A program made the position numbers and the translations under genes. A DNA stretch of 64,000 bases from Deltaproteobacteria bacterium (GTDB taxonomy: Bacteria > Myxococcota_A > Polyangia > JAAYKL01). Location: positions 43,861-107,860 of the forward strand of contig JAUVDV010000001.1 of assembly GCA_030595125.1 (NCBI GenBank). Direction: 5' to 3'. Below are positions 1 through 9,841 of the stretch, in pieces. The notes under the pieces are model-generated. The model was not told the origin of the DNA. It worked only from the letters and a program-made list of their open reading frames with translations, and did no database searches. Numbering within the stretch: the stretch's first letter is position 1; every line of letters starts with the position of its first letter.

Positions 1-1
1 G

Positions 2-979
2 TTGCCCCAGGACGCGTCGAATCGAAGGTATCACCGAGTGGTGTGCGGGCCGGACATGAGCCCGGCGCGGCTGATGATAATGGAGTTGCCCGACGATGCC
101 CTCGCGAGTGACGAGGTGACGGCGGGGGATGCGCCCGTCGAGTTGCCGTTCCTCAACCTCCAGCGCTACATGGCGGACGCAGGCCTGCCCGTGCCCGAGA
201 TCTATCTGGACGCGGTGAGCGACGGCGCGGTCCTGCTGGAAGATCTGGGTGACGAGTCGTTTGTCTCAAGGATCGAAAAGGTTTCCGCAGAAGCGATGGA
301 GGCCTGGTACGGCGCCGCAGTGGATCTGATGGTCCACATGCACGATCGGATGTGGCCCGTGCCGGAGGGTTGCCTGGCGTCGACCCGGGCGTTCGACTAC
401 GACCTGTTGCGGTGGGAGCTGGATCATTATCGGGAGTGGGGAGCGGAAGCGCGCAACGGACGAACCCTCGATCCGGACCTGCGTTCGATCCTCGACCGGG
501 TATTCAACGACCTGGCAAATGAGATCGACGCGTTGCCCCCGGGGTTTGTTCACCGCGACTACCAGTCGAGGAATTTGATGGTCACCGGAGACGCTCCCGT
601 TTTTCAAAGCCTCACCATCATCGATTTCCAGGACGCCCTCGTTGGACCCCGCGTCTACGACCTGGTTGCGTTGCTGAACGATTCCTATGTCGATGTGCCC
701 AGGGAAATGCAGACACGAATAATCTCCCGGTACGCAGTTGCGCGCGGCATCGATCCCGAGGAGCTCGAACGGGAGTTCGACCTGGTGACTATTCAGCGCA
801 AACTCAAGGACGGTGGACGGTTTGTCTTCATCGACCAGGTGAAGGGCAATCCCAAATTCCTCCCCTTCATCGAGACGTCGTTTCGTCGCGTTCGGTCGGC
901 GCTCGAACGCCTGCCCGGCCACGATGATCTGGGGGCGATTTTGGCAAAGGTGGACCCTGAGAATTTTGGTAGTATCTGA
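2..979 (+). CDS. Aminoglycoside phosphotransferase-family kinase, AmgK-like (N-acetylmuramate/GlcNAc 1-kinase); 5' end probably truncated by window
   Basis: DASNRRYHR, LLEDLGD, HRDYQSRNLM and IIDFQDAL motifs typical of the APH/AmgK family. Confidence 0.8.
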   Translation: MPQDASNRRYHRVVCGPDMSPARLMIMELPDDALASDEVTAGDAPVELPFLNLQRYMADAGLPVPEIYLDAVSDGAVLLEDLGDESFVSRIEKVSAEAMEAWYGAAVDLMVHMHDRMWPVPEGCLASTRAFDYDLLRWELDHYREWGAEARNGRTLDPDLRSILDRVFNDLANEIDALPPGFVHRDYQSRNLMVTGDAPVFQSLTIIDFQDALVGPRVYDLVALLNDSYVDVPREMQTRIISRYAVARGIDPEELEREFDLVTIQRKLKDGGRFVFIDQVKGNPKFLPFIETSFRRVRSALERLPGHDDLGAILAKVDPENFGSI

Positions 980-981
980 TC

Positions 982-2166
982 ATGATCAAAACATTCACTG
1001 TTGTCGGGCTGATGATTACCACCGCCCTTCTCACAGACTCATGCGGGAGCTCCGACGAAAGCACGACCCGAGATCCATCCACCGAAGAGCAGATAGTCAA
1101 GCGGTCCACGCAAGAATTGATCGTCGGCAAGTGGCAGATGATCGCTGAGGAGCCGGCCGACGGCAAGGGCGGCATCTTCAAACAGAAGAGGCGGCTGCTG
1201 GAACTGAAGGCCGATGGCACCTGTCATGTGGAGAACTACATGACAGCCCGGGACGACACCTGGAAGCTGGAGGGGGATACCCTGATGCTTCGCGAAGTTC
1301 GGGGGGAGATCGACAAGACCCGGCGCATTCAGGTGGAGAAGGTGGACGATGAGACGCTGGTGCTCGTGGAGGATCTGCCGGAAATCTACGTCAGGGACGG
1401 GCCGCAAAGGAAGGTGCGCAACACTTATCGTCGCGTCAGCGAATCTCCGCTTGGGCCCATGCTCGGAAAGAAGGTAGTGACCTCGATGCCGAACGCGGGT
1501 GCGTACACCGCGTCGTATAACTACAGCATGGACAAATTGCCCACCATGGAGATTTCAATAGGTCGTTCCATCAAGGGTCGGGCGAAGCTGGAGCTAAAGA
1601 AAGATGGCTCGGTGGAGGGTTGTCTGGGTGTGTCCAGTAACCGCAGTTTCTCCGAGAGCAAGTACTCGTCCTCAGACGGCAAGCACCATAACAGAGACAA
1701 TAATGATCGATGGCTCGTCGGGGTGCGCGGAAAGTGGGAGCGAAAGAAAGACACAGCGCTGGTGCGCTTGAGCAGGTCGTGGAGAAACACCTGCGATATC
1801 TCCAATGGTGAAGGTGGCATCATGGGCCCCATCGAGCTGGAGTGCACCGCAATTGCCCCCAACGAGAAGTTGCCCGTTACCACTCTGGCGTGCCGGATGA
1901 TAAAAGATCAGTACATGCTGAAGCAGGTGGCCATCAACCCGGCCGATACAGAGCGGGCGGGACCGTTCACCATGCAGCAGGAACCCAGGGGCCATGTCTC
2001 GACCGATAATGGCAAGCCCTGGCTGTTCCTTGGCGCCGCGCCCGGGCTGGAGGTGAAGTCCGAAGACGGTCGCCGAACCTCGACCCCTGTTGTTACATTC
2101 TCGTCCAACAAGATCGATTTTGTGGAGCGCAACTTCATCGCGAAAGAGCGAAAACCCGATCAGTAG
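982..2166 (+). CDS. Hypothetical lipoprotein (possible lipocalin-like domain)
   Basis: 394-aa ORF 2 bp after previous stop; signal peptide ending LTDSC; LIVGKW lipocalin-like start. Confidence 0.6.
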   Translation: MIKTFTVVGLMITTALLTDSCGSSDESTTRDPSTEEQIVKRSTQELIVGKWQMIAEEPADGKGGIFKQKRRLLELKADGTCHVENYMTARDDTWKLEGDTLMLREVRGEIDKTRRIQVEKVDDETLVLVEDLPEIYVRDGPQRKVRNTYRRVSESPLGPMLGKKVVTSMPNAGAYTASYNYSMDKLPTMEISIGRSIKGRAKLELKKDGSVEGCLGVSSNRSFSESKYSSSDGKHHNRDNNDRWLVGVRGKWERKKDTALVRLSRSWRNTCDISNGEGGIMGPIELECTAIAPNEKLPVTTLACRMIKDQYMLKQVAINPADTERAGPFTMQQEPRGHVSTDNGKPWLFLGAAPGLEVKSEDGRRTSTPVVTFSSNKIDFVERNFIAKERKPDQ

Positions 2167-2169
2167 CGC

Positions 2170-3579
2170 CTAGAGGTAGCTCTCGGAGAACGACTCCAGG
2201 GAATCGCGAAAATCGTCGAAGACAAGCTCGTTGATGTTTCCGTCGAAGGTCAATGCCGACGTTTCGAGATCAAGAGAAGAGCTCGGGAGTCCTTCCCAGT
2301 TCCATTCCTCGGGGAAGACGGGCACGGCAACCGTGTCCATGGGGGGATTCCATACTGAGGCGCCCCAGATATTTGCGTCGTCGCCGTCGGTGGCGCTCAC
2401 CGAGAAGGTTTTCGCGCCATCGGGCATGGTCACCTGCAGGGACGCGCCGTCGAAGGAGAGCTCGTCCGGCCAGCCGATCATGTCGTCAACGGTAAAGGTG
2501 GAGATCCCGGATGTCAGCGTCGGGTCGGCAATGATCCTGACGGTGGAGGGCCCGTCATCGTCATCCGCGAGGGCGCCGAAGATCATCAACTCCTTGTCCG
2601 CGCTCGCGAAGGGCTCGTCGTCGACCGGGGGGATGGCCAGAGAGATAGTATTTCCCGTGGTGGGGATGAAAGTAGGTACCCCGATAGCGCCGTCCTGCCC
2701 AAAGTCGTAGATGATCGATGCGCCCATCTCCTCCACCATCGAAGGTGTGTTCTCGACCGTGATTTCCACGGTGTCTTCGAGGGCGATGGAGAAGTCCAGC
2801 ACCGGCTCTTCGGTCAGATCAAGGGTGGGGTCGAAGCCCGTCTCGAGGGCGATGTGAGTTGCGGTGAACTCCTTGGTGCTCGGGTTGAACAGGCCGGCGT
2901 ACCCGTACAGGGCCCCGGTCACCTCGTAGGTTTCCAGGGTCCACGACAGAGATCCCATCGCCGGCGCCACCATGTTGACCGGAACGCCGCTTACCTCTTC
3001 CTGTTTAATTTCATCGTACTCGCCGGTGTACATCTCCTCGACGGGCAGGCCGTGCCAGATGGCCGCCATCTTGAACAAGCCGGGCCCGGGTGGATCAGGC
3101 ACATTCTCCAATTCGCCGATCGACCCCGCGATGGTGATGGTCGAGTGCTGCGGATCGTAATCGTTCTTCTGTCTCTCCAGTGTGATGTAGGCGGCGTTGA
3201 GTCCGTAAATGGAGCCGACCGGATAGTCCTGCGCGAGGAAGTGGACGTCGACGGGGCCCGTGAGTGATTCGTCCTCGAACACAACCCGCCCATCGGAGTC
3301 GGTCTCGCCGGTGAGAGCCGTCTCCGGGTTGTTGCCCACCATCACCCGCGTGCCAATGATCGGATCGCCGCTCGGATCGTCCACGAACCACATCACCAGG
3401 AGACCGCCCACGGGTCCACCAGTGGTGCCTCCTCCCTCGATGAAGTGTTGATCGTGGTCGGCGGGATCGTCGGTATTGGTTCCCCCGTCTCCGGCGTACG
3501 GCGGCTTCTCACTCGAGCACGCCATTACAAGAACGGCCATCGCCGCCATCACCATTGCCACACGCATTGCATTGAACAT
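2170..3579 (-). CDS. Hypothetical acidic lipoprotein with carboxypeptidase-regulatory-like (prealbumin-fold) N-terminal domain
   Basis: Lipobox VMAC; PIIGTRV...GETDSDG motif; GGGGGG RBS-like run upstream. Confidence 0.6.
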   Translation of the reverse strand: MFNAMRVAMVMAAMAVLVMACSSEKPPYAGDGGTNTDDPADHDQHFIEGGGTTGGPVGGLLVMWFVDDPSGDPIIGTRVMVGNNPETALTGETDSDGRVVFEDESLTGPVDVHFLAQDYPVGSIYGLNAAYITLERQKNDYDPQHSTITIAGSIGELENVPDPPGPGLFKMAAIWHGLPVEEMYTGEYDEIKQEEVSGVPVNMVAPAMGSLSWTLETYEVTGALYGYAGLFNPSTKEFTATHIALETGFDPTLDLTEEPVLDFSIALEDTVEITVENTPSMVEEMGASIIYDFGQDGAIGVPTFIPTTGNTISLAIPPVDDEPFASADKELMIFGALADDDDGPSTVRIIADPTLTSGISTFTVDDMIGWPDELSFDGASLQVTMPDGAKTFSVSATDGDDANIWGASVWNPPMDTVAVPVFPEEWNWEGLPSSSLDLETSALTFDGNINELVFDDFRDSLESFSESYL

Positions 3580-3676
3580 CTTGGCCCCCCTTTTTTATAG
3601 GTGACTGAATTCCAATCCTCATCTTGTAGGACACATGAGCCGTGGGTTGGTAGTTGAAAATATATGACATGTGCTC

Positions 3677-3693
3677 AAGGGGCTGACCCTTTT
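3677..3693. repeat. Short imperfect palindrome AAGGGGCTGACCCTTTT (REP-like) at edge of low-GC island
   Basis: Arms AAGGG(G)/CCCTT(TT) around a CTGA loop; same short-hairpin-with-A/T-tails style as the motif beside the transposase. Confidence 0.35.
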
Positions 3694-3719
3694 AGGCACC
3701 AAAGAACTCCTTTGGCCCA

Positions 3720-4013
3720 TTAATTCAGGATTGCCTCCACGTCTTGGGCACCACCGAGAACACGGACAATCTGGACTGGCGACGTATCCGCCAAGTAGAT
3801 TACCAAATACGAGTAAACAGGAAAAAAACGAACCGGCTTAGCTGTGAGATCGTCACGGTAATGACCGAGATCTGGATTTTCGCCTAAAATATTAAACACC
3901 TCGGTGAATCGCTCATGTACCTTGAGTGCTGAATCAATGCTGTCCACTGCAATATATTCGAGAATACTCAAGAGATCCGCGCGCGCCTCTGGAACGAGAA
4001 CAAATTTGGCCAT
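3720..4013 (-). CDS. parE: Type II toxin, ParE/RelE family
   Basis: 97 aa; EARADLLSILEYIAVDS, PDLGHYRDDL, YLVIY...IVRVL pattern; directly downstream of antitoxin. Confidence 0.85.
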   Translation of the reverse strand: MAKFVLVPEARADLLSILEYIAVDSIDSALKVHERFTEVFNILGENPDLGHYRDDLTAKPVRFFPVYSYLVIYLADTSPVQIVRVLGGAQDVEAILN

Positions 4014-4014
4014 G

Positions 4015-4272
4015 CTAAGACTTTTGGTTCTTGATGAGAGTGCGTAGTTCGCTCATGACTTTATCACCGTCAAGAAACTCGCCGTTACAGGCCTGATCTA
4101 TTCCTTTCTCGATTTCGCTACGCAATGCCTGAAGCCGAGCTTCAAGCAACAATTCCTTCTCCTTGAGCAAGCGCAAACCATCGCGCACAACCTCGCTGAC
4201 GGAAGCGTAGTCGCCGGAAGCTACTTTGCGCTTAACGAACTCTTCAAAATCCCTGCCTACGGAAACATTCAT
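4015..4272 (-). CDS. parD: Type II antitoxin, ParD (CC2985-like RHH) family
   Basis: MNVSVG...FVKRKVASGDYASVSEVVRDGLRLL signature; GGAGG RBS before ATG at 4272. Confidence 0.85.
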   Translation of the reverse strand: MNVSVGRDFEEFVKRKVASGDYASVSEVVRDGLRLLKEKELLLEARLQALRSEIEKGIDQACNGEFLDGDKVMSELRTLIKNQKS

Positions 4273-4320
4273 GCTGGCAACCTCCATAGCTGCGATGACT
4301 TCACTATTATCATCGCACAG

Positions 4321-4356
4321 TGTCAAGAAATGTCAATATATAGCATATGCTGACAT
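4321..4356. promoter_or_regulatory. Putative parDE promoter/operator (two TGTCAA direct repeats plus ATGTCA...TGACAT inverted repeat)
   Basis: TGTCAA at 4321 and 4331 (TTGACA on minus strand); TGACAT at 4351; upstream of an RHH antitoxin, a class known to autoregulate. Confidence 0.45.
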
Positions 4357-4446
4357 CGCCAAAGAGTTGCCTATAATACTCTGGATTGTCTAACACTCAG
4401 CTTCAGTCGCTCTCTTTGCTGAGCCGAAAATTCGGCTGTCTCTCAT

Positions 4447-4489
4447 CTCATCTTAAGATATAGTACCTTCAGGAGGGGCAACTTTGTCG
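4447..4489 (+). promoter_or_regulatory. Conserved promoter/leader element, copy A
   Basis: 34/43 ungapped identity to 28398-28440; 21/22 to the minus-strand copy at 14556-14577; contains a -10-like TATAGT. Confidence 0.55.
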
Positions 4490-4577
4490 CCAATGATCCA
4501 TTGTGTCAAGAATGACATATCTTTATGCGTATGTGCAGTGGACCATCCATTCCAATCGGTTCAGACAGGCGGTCAAG

Positions 4578-5459
4578 ATGGGAAACTCGAATAAAATAGC
4601 CCCCAAATTGCTGGTATTTGTGTTTGCAACTGGATTGCTACCAGTTTGCTCAAGTTCAAAATCCAATCTCCCCAGATCTGGTGCAGCAGTCGCACCTTCG
4701 AATTTAACGTTGAGTGATACGGAAAAAGTTCACATTCCTTCATCTGTGTCAGAGTTTCTAGATATGCTCGGTGAGGGTGCTCCAATTTTTAACCAAGAAA
4801 ACCCACCGAGGATGGTTATTGCCGATCTCGACATGTCTGGCAGTCTTGAAATTGTCTTAGTTTTTCGAAATAGAATCGATTCTGAGGAATACAGTGCCAG
4901 CGCCGAGCCTGCAACCGATTGGTTGATAGTTTATCAATTCAAGGAAGAACGATGGAAAGAAATAGTACGTATTGATTTCGACGCGACTTATGATGGTGGG
5001 ACTTTAGATTATGAGCCTGGAATCTTGGATATTCGTGTAATGCAGTTTCCTGGAAAAACTCGAAAAGTGCTAACTTTTCACACCGAAACAGGTCAAGGCG
5101 GACATGATCCACGTTGGGCAGAGACTTCTGAAATTATCATAGTGTTTGAAGACAATGCGCTCGTTGTGCTGATGTGTCCGGTTGAAAGTGAAACCATTAG
5201 GGGCCCATGGAGAACTACTACTGATTCAATTGTAAGATCTCTAGATAAGCGTTGGGATGGAGATAGTCTTGTTGTTCGAGTAGATGAGACATCCAGGGAA
5301 TATGTTTTTGAACAAGGTCTCTACAATTCAGAAGAAAAAGTACCTGTTGCTGATAATGTGATCGAGAAACATCGTTCGACTCGATATATCTTTCAAAATG
5401 GCCTATTCGGCGAAGAGGGGTCGACTGAGATTTGCAGGACAAGAGTTGCTAGAAGGTAG
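4578..5459 (+). CDS. Hypothetical exported protein/lipoprotein, low GC (start uncertain; ORF open from 4503)
   Basis: Long ORF with hydrophobic leader ending LPVC; AT-rich codon usage unlike flanks. Confidence 0.55.
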   Translation: MGNSNKIAPKLLVFVFATGLLPVCSSSKSNLPRSGAAVAPSNLTLSDTEKVHIPSSVSEFLDMLGEGAPIFNQENPPRMVIADLDMSGSLEIVLVFRNRIDSEEYSASAEPATDWLIVYQFKEERWKEIVRIDFDATYDGGTLDYEPGILDIRVMQFPGKTRKVLTFHTETGQGGHDPRWAETSEIIIVFEDNALVVLMCPVESETIRGPWRTTTDSIVRSLDKRWDGDSLVVRVDETSREYVFEQGLYNSEEKVPVADNVIEKHRSTRYIFQNGLFGEEGSTEICRTRVARR

Positions 5460-5698
5460 TGTCGGTGAAAGAAAGATCAGTGTATAAACGGTGGCCACGG
5501 TCAACGCGCCCGGTTCGACCTTCTCCTCCGCGATGACGCAGGCCGCCCCACACGAGTCCTGGTCATTGAAAATCCGCACTTGATATACGGATATTCAATG
5601 AAGCCTTCCCCTTGAGCGAAGCCATTACCGCAATTCCGGTGACAAAACTCAAAGCTGTTATACAAGGGTAACCGGCAAGAGTATCCAAAGGAGATCAC

Positions 5699-7876
5699 AT
5701 GAAAGTTCTGAATCGAATCACTGCGGTTTCAGTTGCGGCAATCATGATCATGATTTGCTGTGGATTGGCCCCGTCCTGCGGGGCGGGCGTGCAGGCCGTC
5801 CAGCCGGCGGCTACGGAGAGCGAAGAGATGAAATCAAACCCATTGCTAGGTGAATTCGGCACCCCGTTCGAAGTGCCGCCGTTTGACAAAATAGAGCTGC
5901 TCCACTTCAAGCCCGCCTACCTCGAGGGCATGAAAGTTGAGCAGGAGGAGATCGCAAAGATAGCCGCCCTGACCGATCCGCCCGCCTTCGCAAACACAAT
6001 CGAGGCATTCGATCGATCGGGGCTGCTGCTGGCCCGTGTGGATAATATCTTCCACAACCTGAACGCCTCAACCACCAGCGACGAGATGCAGGCCGTCGCC
6101 AAGGAGGTTGCCCCGTTGCTGGCCAAGCACGCCGACGACATTTATCTCAACCAGGAATTGTTCGCCCGGATCAAGACGATCCACGACGAGCGCGCAAAGC
6201 TGGACCTCAACTCCGAACAGGAGCGTCTGCTCGGTGAGATCTACAGGGGCTTCGTCCGCGGTGGCGCCAACCTTCCCGCAGAAAAAAAGGAGCGCTTCAG
6301 GGCCATCAACGAGGATCTTTCGGTTGTGACCCTGCAGTTCGGTGAGAACGTGCTCAACGAGGCGAAGGCCTTCAAGCTCGTGATCGAAAACAAGGATGAT
6401 CTCACCGGATTGCCCGACGCCCAGATCGACGCTGCGGCTACCACTGCGAAGGATGCAGACCTCGCCGGTAAATGGCTGTTCACCATCGACAAGTCTTCGC
6501 TGATCCCGTTCCTTCAGTTTTCGGCCAGGCGACAGCTTCGGGAGAAGATGTTCACGGCATACATCAACCAGGGGAACCACGGGGACAAGCTCGACAACAA
6601 GGAACTCATCACGAAGATAGTGTCCCTGCGCATCGAGCGTGCCGGCATGCTCGGCTTTCAGACACACGCCGATTTCGTGCTCGACGAGAACATGGCAAAG
6701 ACGCCCAAGAAGGTCTACGAGCTGCTGGATGAGGTCTGGAAGCCTGCCTCCAGGGTGGCGAAGCGCGAGGCGAAGGAGCTGTCCACGCTTGCAAAGAAAG
6801 AGGGCGGCAACTTCGAGTTGAAGCCCTGGGATTGGTGGTACTACGCGGAGAAGCTGCGCGAGGAAAAGTACGACCTGAAGGACGAGGAGTTGAGGCCGTA
6901 CTTCGAGCTGGAGAATGTGCGCAAGGGCGCCTTCGACGTGGCCACCAGGTTGTACGGAATAGAGTTCGTGGAGCGCAAAGATCTGCCGACGTACCACGAG
7001 GACGTGAGGAGCTTCGAGGTGCGCGAGGCGGACGGCGCCCACATCGGTATTTTCTACGTGGACTACTACACCCGCAGCGGCACCAAGCGCGGCGGAGCCT
7101 GGATGAGCGCGTTTCGCAAGCAATGGGGCACGGGCGACGGAAGGGTGAGCCCGGTGATCATAAACAACTGCAACTTCCAGAAACCGGCGCAGGGGAAGCC
7201 CTCACTGCTGAGCTTCGAGGAGGTGGAGACCCTGTTCCACGAATTCGGCCACGCGCTCCACGGCCTCCTGTCGAACAGCAACTACCGCTCCCTTTCCGGT
7301 ACGTCGGTGGCGCGGGACTTCGTGGAGTTGCCTTCGCAGATCATGGAAAACTGGGCGGGCGATCCGGAGGTGCTCGGGTTGTACGCGAAGCATCACGAGA
7401 CCGGGGCGCCCATGCCGGTGGAGCTCATCGAGAAGATCCAGAAGTCCACGCTGTTCAACCAGGGCTTCACGACGGTGGAGTACCTGGCTGCGTCATATCT
7501 GGACATGGACTGGCACACCCAAAAAGAGATGACGACGCTTGATCCCATGGCGTTCGAGGATGGTGCGCTGAACAGGATCGGCCTGATCCCCGAGATTGTC
7601 GTGCGCTACCGAAGCACTTACTTCCGCCACATCTTCTCCGGGGTAGTAGCCTACTCGTCAGGTTACTATAGCTACCTCTGGTCTCAGGTGCTCGACGCCG
7701 ACGCATTTGCCGCATTCAAGGAGACCGACGTTTTCGACCAGGAGAAGGCAAAGTCATTTAGGGATAACATCCTCGCGGCGGGAAACACGGCCGACCCCGC
7801 GGAATTGTACAGGCGCTTCCGCGGTAAAGAGCCTTCCATCGACGCCCTGCTGAAACGCAAGGGCATGGCGAAATAA
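5699..7876 (+). CDS. dcp: M3 family metallopeptidase (peptidyl-dipeptidase Dcp), probably exported
   Basis: LFHEFGHALH zinc motif, KRGGAWM, RDFVELPSQ, GYYSYLWS; N-terminal signal; AAGGAG RBS. Confidence 0.92.
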   Translation: MKVLNRITAVSVAAIMIMICCGLAPSCGAGVQAVQPAATESEEMKSNPLLGEFGTPFEVPPFDKIELLHFKPAYLEGMKVEQEEIAKIAALTDPPAFANTIEAFDRSGLLLARVDNIFHNLNASTTSDEMQAVAKEVAPLLAKHADDIYLNQELFARIKTIHDERAKLDLNSEQERLLGEIYRGFVRGGANLPAEKKERFRAINEDLSVVTLQFGENVLNEAKAFKLVIENKDDLTGLPDAQIDAAATTAKDADLAGKWLFTIDKSSLIPFLQFSARRQLREKMFTAYINQGNHGDKLDNKELITKIVSLRIERAGMLGFQTHADFVLDENMAKTPKKVYELLDEVWKPASRVAKREAKELSTLAKKEGGNFELKPWDWWYYAEKLREEKYDLKDEELRPYFELENVRKGAFDVATRLYGIEFVERKDLPTYHEDVRSFEVREADGAHIGIFYVDYYTRSGTKRGGAWMSAFRKQWGTGDGRVSPVIINNCNFQKPAQGKPSLLSFEEVETLFHEFGHALHGLLSNSNYRSLSGTSVARDFVELPSQIMENWAGDPEVLGLYAKHHETGAPMPVELIEKIQKSTLFNQGFTTVEYLAASYLDMDWHTQKEMTTLDPMAFEDGALNRIGLIPEIVVRYRSTYFRHIFSGVVAYSSGYYSYLWSQVLDADAFAAFKETDVFDQEKAKSFRDNILAAGNTADPAELYRRFRGKEPSIDALLKRKGMAK

Positions 7877-7877
7877 G

Positions 7878-8234
7878 ATGAGAGCATTCAGATTGATGAA
7901 CGCGTTCGACTGGGTAGCCGTGGCGCTCATCGCCATCCTCGCGCTGGGATTTCCAGTTATGGCGGGCTACGTTCGCCCGGTTTTCGTCATGATAATGGAG
8001 GACTTCGAAGCGACACTGCCGACGGTCACGAGGATCGTCTTTGCAGATTGGTTCGCCCCGGCGTGTCTATTAGGAATGTGTGGATTCATCGCCATAGCGC
8101 TCTTCGGAACTCGATCTCGTGCCGTCGCGCGAATCGTCATCGGACTCACTTTCTTCGCAGGGCTGGCGCTCATGGCGATCTACTGGTTTGCACTCTACGC
8201 GCCGATATTTGCCATTGCGGACGGTATTCAGTAG
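7878..8234 (+). CDS. Small membrane protein (three TM segments)
   Basis: Hydrophobic 118-aa ORF 1 bp after dcp; DFEATLPTVTRIV resembles a PilC/GspF loop segment. Confidence 0.5.
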   Translation: MRAFRLMNAFDWVAVALIAILALGFPVMAGYVRPVFVMIMEDFEATLPTVTRIVFADWFAPACLLGMCGFIAIALFGTRSRAVARIVIGLTFFAGLALMAIYWFALYAPIFAIADGIQ

Positions 8235-8311
8235 TGGATATACTCCACACGAAGAAGAAACGATGATCACACTTTCGAACCATCGGCACGACGCTGCCAA
8301 AATAAAACCCG

Positions 8312-8364
8312 GGCCCCGCTAGGGCTTCGGAAGGTTCGCTTTCCTTCGCCCGCTTCAAGGGGCC
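8312..8364. other. Extended stem-loop with UUCG tetraloop upstream of lysC
   Basis: GGCCCC..GGGC..GGAAGG-TTCG-CTTTCC..GCCC..GGGGCC nested pairing. Confidence 0.5.
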
Positions 8365-8437
8365 GTATCAGTAACATTCACATTTGTAACTTGTACCAGT
8401 CCGGGATTCCCGGATTTGAAGAAGGAAGAGGCCTGCG

Positions 8438-9841
8438 ATGATCATCATGAAGTTTGGTGGCTCGTCAGTGAAGGACGCGGCCGCGCTCGAACGGGTCGCG
8501 GGGATTATTCGGTCCCGACGCGACGATGCTCCGGTCGTCGTAGTCTCGGCGATAGGTGATTCCACCGACCGGCTCACGCAGATACTGGACCTCCTGGAAC
8601 GGGGACGAAAGGCGCAAGCCCGCGCAACAGCGAAGAGCCTGTCCGCGAATTACGACTCGATAGCGCGGAAAATTATCCCAAGGGGAGAGATTCTGAGTGA
8701 ACTCCGAGGGACCATACAATCCCACTTTGCGCGCATGGACGAACTCATCGAGGGGATGGCCTGCCTCGGCGAGGTAAGCCCTCGAAGTCGCGATGCGGTG
8801 CTTTCCGTAGGAGAAATTGCATCGTCATCGATGCTCGCGGCTTATTGTCGATCCGTAGATATACCGGCGGAGGCGATCGATCCGACGAAGCTCATACTGA
8901 CTGACGCCAGGTACACCGAGGCGACGCCGGATCCCGCAGGCACAAAAAGTCGTTGCGAGCAGTTTCTCTCCCCTGTCGTAGCGCGCATGGCCATCCCGGT
9001 GGTGGGCGGGTTCGTGGGCGCCGACGAGCGTGGGGTAACCACTACTCTGGGCCGGGGCGGTTCGGATCTCACAGCGTCGATCCTGGCCGGGGCGATGAAC
9101 GCATCCGCCCTCGAATACTGGAAAGACGTGGACGGTATCCTCAACGCCGATCCCCGGATAGTCCCGAAAGCGAAACCCGTGCCGTGTATAACCTTCCGAG
9201 AAGCGGCGGAGCTGGCAACACTGGGCGCGAAGATCCTCCACCCCGCCTCCATACAACCGGCAATTCTGGCGAACGTCCCGGTGAGGATTCTCAACTCCAA
9301 CGAACCTCTGTCGGGCGGTACGACGATCACCTCGGCGGCGGTGCCCGGCCGTGACTCCGACGATCGCTTCTATCCCGCAGTGTCATCGATCACGTTCAAA
9401 CGCGCTCAGACAATGATCAACATCTACTCGACCCGTATGCTCGGGACGAACGGGTTCTTGCGACGGGTCTTCGAGGTCTTTGATCGCCTGGGGATATCGG
9501 TCGATCACATTGCGACATCCGAGGTCAACGTAACCGTCACGGTGGGTCGCACGGACGCCCTCGAAGCGCTTCGGCTGGAGCTCGGCGAGATTGCAACCGT
9601 GAGCGTCGATGACAATGTCGGCGTGGTCAGTCTGGTCGGCGAGAAGCTACCGGCCACTCCCGGAGTGGCGTCCAGGATCTTTTCGGCGCTCACCGGCATC
9701 AACGTTTCGCTTATCACCTACGGCGGATCCGGTGTGAACCTGAGCGTCGTTGTGGGGAATGACAACGTCGACACTGCAGTGAGAAGACTTCATAAAGAAC
9801 TCTTCGAAACCAGCGAGGACGAGGATCATGATGATGTCTGA
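8438..9841 (+). CDS. lysC: Aspartate kinase (lysine-sensitive type)
   Basis: MKFGGSSV, TTTLGRGGSDLTA, KDVDGILNADPR, C-terminal ACT domains. Confidence 0.95.
   Translation: MIIMKFGGSSVKDAAALERVAGIIRSRRDDAPVVVVSAIGDSTDRLTQILDLLERGRKAQARATAKSLSANYDSIARKIIPRGEILSELRGTIQSHFARMDELIEGMACLGEVSPRSRDAVLSVGEIASSSMLAAYCRSVDIPAEAIDPTKLILTDARYTEATPDPAGTKSRCEQFLSPVVARMAIPVVGGFVGADERGVTTTLGRGGSDLTASILAGAMNASALEYWKDVDGILNADPRIVPKAKPVPCITFREAAELATLGAKILHPASIQPAILANVPVRILNSNEPLSGGTTITSAAVPGRDSDDRFYPAVSSITFKRAQTMINIYSTRMLGTNGFLRRVFEVFDRLGISVDHIATSEVNVTVTVGRTDALEALRLELGEIATVSVDDNVGVVSLVGEKLPATPGVASRIFSALTGINVSLITYGGSGVNLSVVVGNDNVDTAVRRLHKELFETSEDEDHDDV

Noticed and set aside
5501-5698. 65-aa minus-strand ORF and GC-rich fragment at the island edge
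   Set aside because: No recognisable family or RBS; may be a gene remnant but no source gene is visible in the window
8235-8437. Lysine riboswitch or attenuator leader peptide before lysC
   Set aside because: No L-box consensus; the short ORF MITLSNHRHDAAKIKPGPR is not enriched in aspartate-family residues
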